A stretch of DNA of 63,793 nucleotides, counting the filler, from Chiloscyllium plagiosum (lineage: Eukaryota): NCBI RefSeq assembly GCF_004010195.1. It is 4 parts of one record of this genome, joined end to end, with 100 filler letters (N's around TTAATTAATTAA, not from the genome) between each part and the next. Parts side by side here need not be neighbours in the genome. Positions count along the whole stretch, not along the records: positions 23,237 to 41,146 come from NC_057713.1; positions 41,247 to 60,262 come from NC_057713.1; 2 more parts are not named here. One strand, written 5' to 3'. A program made the position numbers and the translations under genes. Of the stretch, positions 36,505-48,390 are shown piece after piece. Position 1 is the stretch's first letter, and every line of letters begins with the position of its first letter. A model generated the notes under the pieces. It was not told the DNA's origin, did no database searches, and worked only from the letters and a program-made list of their open reading frames with translations.

Positions 36505-38337
36505 AGTGAATCTTTCTCCTCTGTGTTTACTGTGAAGAAAGACATGAAGACTTGGGAACTTGGGGAAGTTAGTGGTCATATCTTGGGGACAGTCCATATG
36601 ACAGCAGAGAAGATGTTGAAGGTTAGGTAAATCTCCTGGTCAAGAGCAGATATATCCAAGAACACTGCAAGAGGCTAGAGAAGAAATTGTGGGGGCCGTG
36701 GCAGATATTTTTGCATCATCATTAACCACGGGTGAGGTTCCGGAAGAGTGGAGGTTAGCAAATGTTGGGCTCTTATTCAAGAAGGGCTGCAAAGAAAAAC
36801 ATAGGCTTACTAGTCTACAGTTCCCAACATCTGTGCTTGGTAAGTTACTTGAGGAGATTCTGAGATATAAGTTATACATGCATTTAGGGAAACAGAGTTT
36901 GATTAGCCAGGATGGTTTTGTGCGTGGGAGATCATGTCTCACAAATTTGTTAGAGTTCTTTGACGAAGTGAGGAGGAAAGTTGACGAGGCCAGGGTGGTA
37001 GACACTGGATTTCATAAGGTTCCACATGATAGGCTGCTCTGGAATGTTAGATAGCATGGAATCCATGGGAAGTTGGATACACAATTGGTTTGCTGGTAGG
37101 AAGCAGAGGGTAATAGTGGAAGGATACTTGTCAGACTGGAGAATGTGGTTAGTTGTTGACATGATCTGACAACATGATATGATGTGTTGTGATATACTTA
37201 TGATCTGCCACTATCACACTGTGATATTTATGTTAGCTCCCATAAGAATGAGACATGGGTCCACAAAGCACTGAAGAATCCAACAAACTTTATGACAGCA
37301 TCTGATAGTAAACACAGGAGAAAGATTCACTGTGAAGAAAAACATGAAGACTTGGGAACTTGGGGAAGTTAGTGGTCAGGGGTCAGTGCTGGGCCTGTTG
37401 CTGTTTGTTATCTATATCAATGATTTGAATGAGAATGTACAAGGCATGATTAGTAAGTTTGCAGCTAACACTAAAATAGGTGGTATCATGGATAGTCAGG
37501 AAGTTTGTCAGAAATTGCAGAAGGATCTTGATCAGCTGGGGAAGTGGGCCGAGAAATGGTATATGGAGTTTAATATAGATAAAGAGAGGTCTTGCGTTTT
37601 AGAAAGTTAAACCAAGGTAGGAGTTTCATGGTGAATGGTAGGGCCTTAAGGAGTGTAATGGAACAGAGGGACCTTGGAATTCAAGTGCACAGTTCTCTGA
37701 AAGTGGAGTCACAGGTAGGCAGGACAGTGAAGAATGCTTTTGACGTACTGGCCTTCATCAGTCAGGTCATTGAGTATAGAGATTGGGAAGTTATGTTGCA
37801 GTTGTTGAGAACATTGGTGAGGCCACATTTGGAGTATTGTGTTCTGTTTTGTTTACCTTGGTATAGGAAAGAGTGCAGAATTACAAGGACGGTGCCAGGA
37901 CTCAATGATCTGAGTTATAGGGAGGCATTGGACAAGCCAAGTTTTTTTTTATTTAGAGCATAGGAGACTGAAGGGGGATTCTACAGAAGATTATAAATCA
38001 TGAGCGGTATGGATAAGGTTAATGCACTTGGTCTTTTTCCCCCAGAGTTGGAGGATCAAGGACTAGAGGGCATCAGTTTAAGGTTAGATGGGAAAGAATA
38101 AAAGGGAGCAACTTTTTTACATGGAGCGTCCTATGGAATGAGCTGCTAGCGTAAGTGGTTGAGGTGGGTACATTAACAACATATAAAAGGCATTTGGACA
38201 AATACACAGATAGGAAAGGTTCAGGAGGATATGGGACAAGTGCAGAGAAACGGGGTTAGCATAGATGGACATTTTAGTCGGCATGGACCAGTTTGGGCCA
38301 AAACGTCTGTCTCCGTGCTTTAGGACTCTAAAACTCT
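36505..38337 (+). mobile_element. CR1 LINE ORF2 3' half with an internal templated insertion
   Basis: GEVPEEWRLANV, SCLTNLLEFF, QGSVLGLLLF, RPHLEYCV; ACTCTA repeat tail. Confidence 0.9.
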
Positions 38338-39976
38338 AGGAGTGTACATACACATGTTTATGCTCAATTTAAGCAATTTAGATGCAGTGCTTCTATCAGT
38401 GTCTCATGCTGCTAGACAACAGAATTCAGCAGATGAAAACTGCAAGTTTCATATTATTGCGTTCATGTCATATGTTGATAACATAAGCATGGCCTTTAAA
38501 ATATATATTACACAATTGCTGACAGACACAACACAACTTAGAGAGACCTAAAAAGGTAAAGGGAACAGCAGAGGGAAACAACATTCATTTTCTTTGGTCA
38601 TTTTTTTCCAACCCTGAAACTTCTCATGTCTTACTTTTCATTTCATACTTACACCATCTTATTATTCTGATTTTTCCGTTCACTTCCCATGATAGATCTG
38701 TAATTTTTACTGAAGAAATGTTGTACTGTAATAGGATGTTGACCAACTGTGAGTCTCTTGCAAACAGCCTGATCTGAACTGAAATAAACTCCCTTCAGGG
38801 TCAGTACCGTCTGAATTCATCCTCAGTTCTTGTGTTCCAGTATAAACACTAGATGTCTTCGGCAAGATGATTAAAACCTTAAACAAGGTCATAATCTTTA
38901 TTTTATGACCTGAATTATATTAGGAAAATTAGGACACATTCATGGCTGGTTCACGATTTCAGAAGTGTAGAGTTGTGAAAGCACTGTATAAATCACATTC
39001 TGTGGCTCAACTGTAATATTTTCAAATTATTTTAATAATTCTGTTACTCATGACTCAGACTTACTTGTAAATATTTATTCTGGCATTCATGTAAGAGGGG
39101 TCATTGACTCATCTCAGTTCCATCAGCTTTAGGCTTGAAGTACAATCCTGAAGAACATCTCTGTCAAATACACAGAAATAACTGCTTGTGATAGAAATGC
39201 ACTGTCAAGATTGTAGATCACCAACAACTACTGCCTTTTGCTCAATTCACTTTTACCTTTTAGTAGTTAGACATATGTTTTAGCCTTCAGATTAATAGTT
39301 AGGTAGCGCATGAGCTGGAAATGCGTTGCCTGTAAAAATTGTAGAGAAAGAAAAGTTATTCAATATCAATGCCTAATCAAGGAATGTGCAAAGTAGAAAA
39401 CAAGTAGTTGAATAAAACTAAGCCTCATTTTCTGATTAAGCACTTTACAATCATCTGGACTCAACACTGAATTAAATCATAGGACCGTGAACCCCTATTG
39501 TATATTACTGACACAGAAAAGTCTGTCAGAATACAGTACGTTGACTCCATGACCGTGAGAGAGTGACTGACAATGAGGCTGGTACCTTCACACCAGATTG
39601 TCATGTGTTATGATATCACAGGTACACTGATTGTCAGATCTACAATCTATGCAATAACACAACACTCTGGATGAATGTTTTGTTTTCTCTATAATGATTG
39701 CGGCTACCTTTGCACATTTTCTCATGATAACTTTGATCTCTAATCTCCCTTACCATCCTACTTTTCCCTGACTTTCCCCTTTGTTTAACTTGCCTTTCTC
39801 CACTTTCTCACCAGCATAAACTCATCCCGTTTTCAGCTATTTGCTGAACTGAAGAATAGTCGTATGGATTTGAAACATTGGGTTGACTTTTGCCAAAGAT
39901 TGGCTCAGTGTTAATTTTGGGAGATTTCGTGGAGGGTGTTTCTTTGTGACCTCTAGCTCTGATGAAATTCTCTGCT

Positions 39977-40200
39977 GCTCACCTCATTGTATATATACCA
40001 CACCACTGTGATGTCGTCTCGCGATGTACTCGCCACTATCAGGACCTTCTAGGATTCGCGCCATGAGCACTATATTTAAAGTCAGCTGTACTCCAGACCA
40101 GTCGCTGCCAGTTGCGAATAGCTCTTCATAGTGCGCATAGTGGGAAGAATATGAAAAAGACCAGTTTCTGAAGGCGCATAGATGGCAAAGGTAACACTGG
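39977..40200. promoter_or_regulatory. CpG-enriched unique segment; candidate bidirectional promoter or exon
   Basis: Dense CpGs, TCTCGCGATG at 40017-40026, TATATTTAAA at 40071-40080, outward-facing donors at 39982 (-) and 40191 (+). Confidence 0.4.
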
Positions 40201-40865
40201 AAATAAATTATCACATTCATAAATATATTACTACTTTATACCATCATTGGTCTGATCGGCTGGCATAGTAACTGCAGCTACAGAAATAAATCTACACAGG
40301 CTACCCATCCTTAACATCAGATCATATTAGAACCCGAACTAAGGAGTGCTAATTTGAGCGTATTGTTAAATTCCTTTCCTGACAGTCAATTGTGTTCTGT
40401 TCGTTTTTGCTGAAAACTGCGGAGGATACGCAACAGGTGTATGCATTTACTATAATTATGCTTCAGGCCTATTTATTTAGGAATATTGATTGTTCCCCGT
40501 TCATCTCTCCTCCTTTAGCTTACCACATCCACTCAGTGCACTGGCTTGAGCACACTCCAGTTTCTACACCTCTGATTACAATATTTGCAGCAAACACAAA
40601 ACGTTTACTGTACAATTTTTTTCCCTAGGCCAGATGCAATTCTTGCTTGACGTACAAATCTTGAAGTCAACTGTAGCTATGGGAGAAGGGGAAATTTTTT
40701 GATTTTGAAAGCCGTTTTCCCTGGCTAAGAGGGGTCATACCCACAATACCAGTGACGACTCAAGCTATACACAGGAATTGACTGAACAAGCCATTTCTCA
40801 ATTCGAGGAAACACGTTAACTAAACGACATGCTAATGGGATTCTCTCACTGACAATGACACTTCA

Positions 40866-41146
40866 CCTTCTGGATCAGTGGTGCTGGAAGAGCACAGCAA
40901 TTCAGGCAGCATCCGAGGACAGGCAAAATCGACGTTTCGGGCAAAAGCCCTTCATCAAGAATAAAGGCAGAGAGCCTGAAGCGTGGAGAGATAAGCTAGA
41001 GGAGGGTGGGGGGGGAGAGAGAGTGGCATAGAGTACAATAGGTCAGTGGGGAAGGAGATGAAGGTGATAGGTCAGGGAGGAGAGGGTGGAGTGGATAGGT
41101 GGAAAAGGAGCTGGGCAGGTCGGATAAGTCCGGACAGGTCAGGGGA
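40866..41146 (-). mobile_element. Penelope-like 3' terminus with hammerhead motif (C3U variant)
   Basis: Minus ATTC-TTGATGA-A-GGGC-TTTT-GCCC-GAAAC-GTC-GATT at 40927-40962. Confidence 0.8.
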
Positions 41147-41247
41147 NNNNNNNNNNNNNNNNNNNNNNNNNNNNNNNNNNNNNNNNNNNNTTAATTAATT
41201 AANNNNNNNNNNNNNNNNNNNNNNNNNNNNNNNNNNNNNNNNNNNNG
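41147..41247. other. Assembly gap with artificial linker
   Basis: N-run, TTAATTAATTAA, N-run. Confidence 0.95.
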
Positions 41248-41627
41248 CACACAGACACCCACACACACCCTTATAGACACACACACTCCCACACTCACAC
41301 ATGCACCCCCTCACAGACTTAAGACACTCTGCACTCACTACACACACACACACACAGACAGACACACACACACACTTTCTCACACTCACAACCCCCACCC
41401 CAGGCAGACAGACAAAGACCCACATGCACATATATATTTTGTGGGGTGAATTTGTACTTGCAGAGTTACATTGCACTTTGCTCAAAAACTGCATACATTC
41501 ATTTAGAACTCTTGAGCTCAAAAACTGCATGAATTTATGTAACACTCTGTTATCTCACTTTTTAGATTAGAATTAGTCTAAACATCAGGTCATAGACAGA
41601 GAACACAGGGGGCTAACACCTTCAACA
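41248..41627 (+). mobile_element. CA-rich interspersed repeat fragment, possibly a Penelope-like 3' region
   Basis: CA-rich tract followed by duplicated GCTCAAAAACTGCAT; family assignment from resemblance only. Confidence 0.4.
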
Positions 41628-44384
41628 TTCACAGAGTGAATGTCTGTGTGTGCAGAGTGAATGTTTGCGTGTGCAGAGTGAACGTGTATGTGTGTTGTAT
41701 TTTTAGAGTGAACGTGTGTGCATGTGTGTGCTGAGTGATCATGTGTGTGTAGAGTGAATGTAGAGATCATGTGTGTGTCTGTGCATCCCTGAAGTGAATG
41801 TATGTGTGTGAGTGTGTGCGCAGAGTGAATGTGTATGTGTAGAGTGAATGTGCGTGCGTGCATGCCAAGGGAATGTGTGTGTGCACACAGACTGCATATG
41901 TGTAGGTAGAGTGAATGTGTATGGGTAGATTGAATGTGTGTGGGTGTACAGAGTGAACATGTGTTTGCATGTGTGTGTGAGTCAATGCAAAGTGAATGTG
42001 TGTGTCTGTGTGAGTGCAGAGTGAATATCTGTGTGTGTGCAGCTTGAACATGTGTATGTTTAGAGTGAATGCGTGCGTGTGTGTGTGCAGTGTGAATGTG
42101 TAATGTGCAGAGTGAACGTGTGTGTACAGCGTGAATGTGTACGTATGCAGAGTGAACACGTGAGTACACGCAGTGTGAACACGTGTGTGTGCAGAGTGAT
42201 TGTGTGTGGGTGTATGTGCATCTGTGTGTGCCTGCCTTGAGTGAATGTGTGCACGTGAGTGCAGAGTGAATGTGTGCGTGCAGGCGCAGAGTGAATGTCT
42301 GTATGTGCTGAGTAAATGTTTATGTGTGTGTATACTCACAGTGAATGTGCATGTGTGCACAGAATGAATGTGAGTGTGCAGAGTAAATGTGTGCGTGTAT
42401 GTTTAGAATGAATGCGTGAGTATGTGCAGCCTAAATGTGTGTGCATGCCTTGAGTGAATGTGTGTGAGCGTGTGTGTGTGCAGTGTGAATGTAAATGTGT
42501 TTGCACAGATTGAATGTGTGTGTGTGCATAGAGGAAATGTGTGTGTAGAGTGAACATGTGTGTGTGGGAGTGTGTGTGCCTAGAGTGAATGTATGTGAGT
42601 GAGCGTGCAGAATGAACATGTGTTTGTGTGGAGAGTTAATAAATGCATGTGAGTGTGTAGAGTGAATGTGTGAATGTACAGAGTGAATATGTGTGTGCAC
42701 AGTGCACGTGTATGTGTGTGTGCATGCCTAGAGTGAAAGTGTGTGTGCATGCCTAGAGTGAATGTGTGTGTGCATATAGAGTGAATGTGAACGTGTGTGT
42801 ATTCAGAGTGAATGTGTGTAAAGTGAATATGTATGTGTGCGCAGCGTGAATGTGTGTGTGCAGAATGTCTGTGTGTACAGATTGAATGTGTGCATGTATG
42901 TGTGTGGAGAGTGAATGTGCATATATGTGATTGCAGAATGTCTGTGTTTGTGTGTGCATTGTGAATATGTGTGTGTAAAGTGACTGTGTATGCGTGTGCC
43001 GAGTGAATGTCTGTGTTTGCAGAGTGAATGTTTGTGTGTGCAGAATGAACATATAAATGTGTGTGGCATTTTTGCAGAGTGAACGTGTGTAAATGTGTGT
43101 GCTGAGTAAACATGTGTATGGAGTGAATGTATGTGTCCGTGCATGCCTAGACTGAATGTATGTGCGTGAGTGTATGCACAGAGTGAATGTGTATGTGCAG
43201 AGTGAACGTTTGTGTGCATGCTGATGGAATGTGTGTGTGTGTGTGCGCACACAGACTGCATATGTGTGCATGCAGTTTGAATGTGTGGGTATGTGTGTGT
43301 AGAGTGAATGTGTATGTGTAAATTGAATATATGTGGGTGTACAAAGTGAACATGTGTTTGCATGTGTGTGTTAGTCAGTGCATAGTGAATGTGTGTGTCT
43401 GCGTGTGTACAGAGTGAATGTGTGTGTGTGCAGAGAATAAACGTGTGTGTATGGTGTGAATGTGTGTGTCTGCGTGTGAAGAGTGTATGTGTGTGTGCAT
43501 GCGTGCTGAGTGAATGTGTGTGAGTAAGAGTGCAGAGTGAACATATGTTTGTGCACAGAGTGAATATGTGCATGTAGGTGCAGAGTGAATGTGTGCATGC
43601 ACGCGCAGAGTTAATGTCTGTATGTGCTGAGTGAATGTTTATGTGAGTGCACACAATAAATGTGTCCATGTACAGAGTAAATGTATGCGTGTATGTGTAG
43701 AGTGAATGTGTGTGCAGCGTAAATGTGTGTGCACGCCTAGTGAATTTGTACGTGCGCATGTGGTCAGAGCGAATGTATATGTGTTTGTGCAGAGTGAATG
43801 TTTGTGTTATGTGTGTGTAGAGTGAATGTGTGTGTGCATGCAGAGTGAACATGTGTTTGTGTGCTGAGAGTGCATTTATGTGAATGAGCGTACAGAGTGA
43901 ACATCTGTTTGTGTGCAGAGTTAATAAATGCATCTGTGTGTAGATGAATGTGTGAATGTACAGAGTTAATGTATGTGTGCGTGCAGAGTAAATTTGTGTG
44001 CGCACAGTGAACGTGTGTATGCATACCTCGAGGGAATGTGTGTGCACACAGAGTGAATGTATATGTGTGTGTATGCAGAGTGAATGTGTGAGTGCGCGCA
44101 GATTGAATGTGTGTATGTATGTGTGGAGAGTAAATGTCTGTGTGTGTGTACTGCATACGCAGTGATTGCATGTGCAGAGTGAATGTGTATGTGTGTAGTA
44201 TTTTTGCACAGTGAACATGTGTGTATGAGTGTGCTGAGTGAACGTATGCGTGTAGAGCGAATGTGTGTGTCCGTGCATGTCTAGATTAATGTTTTTGAAT
44301 GTGAGTGTTTGCACAGAGTGAATGTGTATGTGCAGAGTGAACGTGTTGTGCATGCAGAGGGAATGTGTTTGTGTGCACACAAAC

Positions 44385-47293
44385 ACCCTTTGGTCCTCGA
44401 TGTTGCACCGACCCTGTGGAACCAATCTGACCTAAACTATTCCATTTTCATCCATATGCCTAACCAATGACCACTTAAATGCCCTGAAAGTTGTCGAGTC
44501 GACTGCTGTTGTACGCAATGCATTCCATGCCCCTACTACTCTCTGAGTAAAGAAACTACCTTTGACATCTGTCCTATATCTATCACCCCTCAATTTAAAG
44601 CTATATCCCCTCATGCTAGCCATCGCCATCCCTGGAAAAAGGCTCTCACTGTCCACCCTTTGATTATCTTATATATCTCAATTAAGTCGTGTCTCAACCT
44701 TCTTATCTCTAATGAAAACAGTCTCAAGTCCCTCAGCCTTTCCACGTAAGACATTCCCTCTATACCAGGCAACATCCTAGTAAATGTCCTCTGAACATTT
44801 TCCAAAGCTTCCACATCCTTCTTATAATGCAGTGACCAGAACTGTACACAATACTCCAAATATGGCCACACCAGAGATTTGTACAGCTGCATCGTCATCT
44901 CATGGTTCCGAAACTCAATCCCTCTACCAATAAAAGCTACATGCCTTCTTAATAACCCTATCAACCAGAGTGGCAACTTTCAAGGATCTATGTACCTGGC
45001 CACTGAGATCTCTCTGCTCATCTACACTACCAAGAATCTTACCATTATCTCAGTCATCTCCTTCCAAAGTGCATAACCTCATACTTTTTCACATTAAACT
45101 CCATTTGCCACCTCCCAGCCCAGCTCTGCAGCTTATGCATCCCTCTCTGTCACCTACAACATCCTTCGGCACTATCCACAACTCTAGTGAGCTACAAATT
45201 TACTCACCCATCCTTCTATGCCCTCATTCAGGTCATTTATATAAATGACAAACAACAGTGAACTCAAAACAGATCATTGTGGAACCCCACTAGTAACTGA
45301 ACTCCAGAATGAATATTTCCCATCAATCACCCTCTGATTTCTGTCAGCTAGCCAATTTCTGATCTAAATCGCTACATCACCCTCTATCCCATACCTCGGT
45401 ATTTTGTGCAATAGCCTACCATGGAGAACCTTATCAAACGCCTTACTGAAATCCATATACATCACATCAATTGCTTTTCCCTCATCCACATGTTTGGTCA
45501 CCTTTTCAAAGAACTCAATAAGGTGTGTGAGGCACGACCTACCCTTCACAAAACCATGTTGACTATCCCTAACCAACTTATTAATCTCTAGATGATTATA
45601 AATCCTATCTCTTATAACCCTTTCCAATACTTTATCTACAACCGAAATAAGGCTCACAGGTCTATAATTACCAGGGTTGTCTCAACTCCCCTTCCTGAAC
45701 AAGCGAACAACATTTGCTATCCTCTAGTCTTCTGGCACTATTCCTGTAGACAGTGACGATATAAAGATCTAAACCAAAAGCTCAGCAATCTCCTTGCTGG
45801 CTTCCCAGAGAATCCAAGGATAAATGCCATCCAGCCCAGGGGATTTATTTATTTTTACACTTTCCAGAACTGCTAACATCTCCTCCTTATGCACCTCAAT
45901 CCCATCTAGTCTATTAGCCTGTATCTCAGTATTCTCCTCGACAACATTGTCTTTTTCTGGTGTGAATACTGACAAAAAGTATTTATTTAGCGCTTCCCCT
46001 ATCTCCTCTAACTCCACGCACAACTTCCCACTACTATGCTTGATTAGCCCTAACCTTACTCCAGTCATTCTTTTATTCCTGATATAGCTGTAGAAAGCCT
46101 TAGGGTTTTCCTTGATCCTATCCGCAAATGACTTCTCATGTTCCCTCCTGGCTCTTCTTATCTCTCTCTTTAAGGTCTTTCCTGGCTAACTTGTAACTCT
46201 CAAGCACCCTAACTGAGCCATTACATCTCATCCTAACCTAAGTCTTCTTCCTCTTGACAAGAGATTCAACTTCATTCGTAAATCACGGCTCCTGCGCTCT
46301 ATCACTTCCTCCCTGCCTGACAGGTACATACTTATCAAGGATCTGCAGTAGCTGCTCCTTGAATAAATTCCACATTTCAATTGTACCCATCCCCTGCAGT
46401 TTCCTTCCCCATCCTATGTATCCTAAATCTTACCTACCACATCGTAATTGCCTTTTCCCCAGCTATAACACCTGACCTGCAGTATATACCTATCCCTTTC
46501 CATCACTAAAGTAAACATAACCGAATTGTGGTCACTCTCACCAAAGTGCTCACCTACTCCAAATCTAACACCAGGCTGGGTTCATTACCCAGTACCAAAT
46601 CTAATGTGGCCTTCCCCCTTGTTGGCCTATCTACATACTATGTCAGGAAACCCTCCTGCATACATTGAAAACTGACCCATCCAAAGTACTTGAACTATCG
46701 TATTCCCAGTTAATATTTGGAAAGTTAAAGTGCCCATAACAATTACCCTGTCACTCTCATTCTACTCCAGAATCATCTTTGCTATCCTATCCTTTACATC
46801 TCTAGAACTATTCGGAGGCCTACAGAAAATTCCCAACAGGGTGACCTCTCCTTTCCTGTTTCTAACCTCAGCCTGTACTAGCTCAGTAGGTGAGTCCTCA
46901 AACATCCTTTCTGCAACTGTAATACTATCCTTGACTAACAGTATCACATTACCCCCTCTTTTACCATCTTCTCTGTTCTTACTGAAACATCTAAATCCTG
47001 GAAGCTGCAAAAACCATTCTTGTCCCTGCTCCACCCATGTCTCTGAAGTGGCCACAACATTGAAGTACCAGGTACCAACCATGCTGCAAGTTCAACTGCC
47101 TTATTCTGGATGCTCCTTGCGTTTAAGTAGACACACTTCAAACCAATATTTTGCCTGCCGGTGCCTTCTTGCAGTCTTGAAATCTTCATTCTGACTTCAC
47201 TATTCTTATTCTTCCATATACTTAAACTACAATTTTGGTTTCCATCCCCCTGCTGAATTAGTTTAAACCCACCCGAAGAGCATTAGCAAATAC

Positions 47294-47332
<39 letters not shown>

Positions 47333-48390
47333 AGTACCCCTCTGATTTAAGTGAAGACCATCCTGTTTGTAGAGGCCCCACCTACCCCAGAAAGAGTCCC
47401 ATTTATCCAGGAATCCAAAACCTTCCCACCTGCACCATCCCTGTCACCATGTATTCAATTCCTCTCTCTCCCTATTCCTTGCTTTGCAAGGACATGGCAT
47501 GGGCAGCAAACCAGAGATAACAACTCTGTTTGTTCTAGCTCTAAGCTTCCACCCTAGCTCTGTGAATTTCTGCTTTAAATCTCCATCTCTCCTTCTACCT
47601 ATGTCGTTGGTGCCTATGTGGACCACGACTTGGGGATGCTCCCCCTCCCCCTCAAGAATCCTGAAAACACAATCAGAGACATCACGAACCCTGGCATCTA
47701 GAAGGCAACACATCAATTGTGAGTCTCTCTTGTTTTCATAGAAACTCCTATCTGTCCCCCTAACTATGGAGTCCCCAATGACTAATGCTCTGCTCCTCTT
47801 CACCCTTCCCTTCTGAGCAACAGGGACAGACTCTGTGCCAGACACTTGTGCCCCATTGCTTACCCCTACTAAGTCCGCCCCACCCAATAATATTCAAAAC
47901 GGTATACTTGTTGTTGAGGGGAATGGCCACAGGGCATCCTGCACTGCCTACTGGTTCCCTCACCATCCCCTGATGGTAACCCTTCTACATTCTTCTTTTA
48001 CCTGAGGTGTGACTACCTCCTTGTAACTCCTCTCAGTAACGACCTCTGCCTCCCAAATGACCCAAGGTTCATCCAGCTCCAGCTCCAGTTCCCTAATGTG
48101 GTTTTCGAGGAGCTGGAGCTGGGTGCACTTCCCACAGATGCAGTCAGCAGGGACACTACTGGTGATCCTTACCTCCCACATTCTGCAGGAGGAACAATCA
48201 ACTGCTGTAACCTCCATTCCCATTGTTCTAAATTCCTAACGAGACTTCTGAAAAACTAAGAAAAAAGAAACCAGTCAACTTACCAATAGGCACACAGAAC
48301 CATTTTTTTCGTTAGAGGAGGACACGGGTGGGAGACAGTACCCGAGTAGCTTTTTGAGTAAAGCAGCCACCCACATATAAAGCCTCACTT
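44385..48390 (-). mobile_element. Near-full-length CR1 LINE (5'UTR, ORF1, ORF2), inactivated
   Basis: ORF1 CSSC...CGKC finger, coiled coil, SGNH esterase (VIGDSIVRG, VHIGTNDIG); ORF2 YLNARSIQNK, ATSETW, FCRPPNS, KSPGLDG, YMDFSKAFDKV, LEYCVQFWS; frameshifts and stops. Confidence 0.95.
47295..47330 (+). repeat. Poly(C)36 homopolymer
   Basis: Directly visible, within the CR1 ORF1 3' end. Confidence 0.95.
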
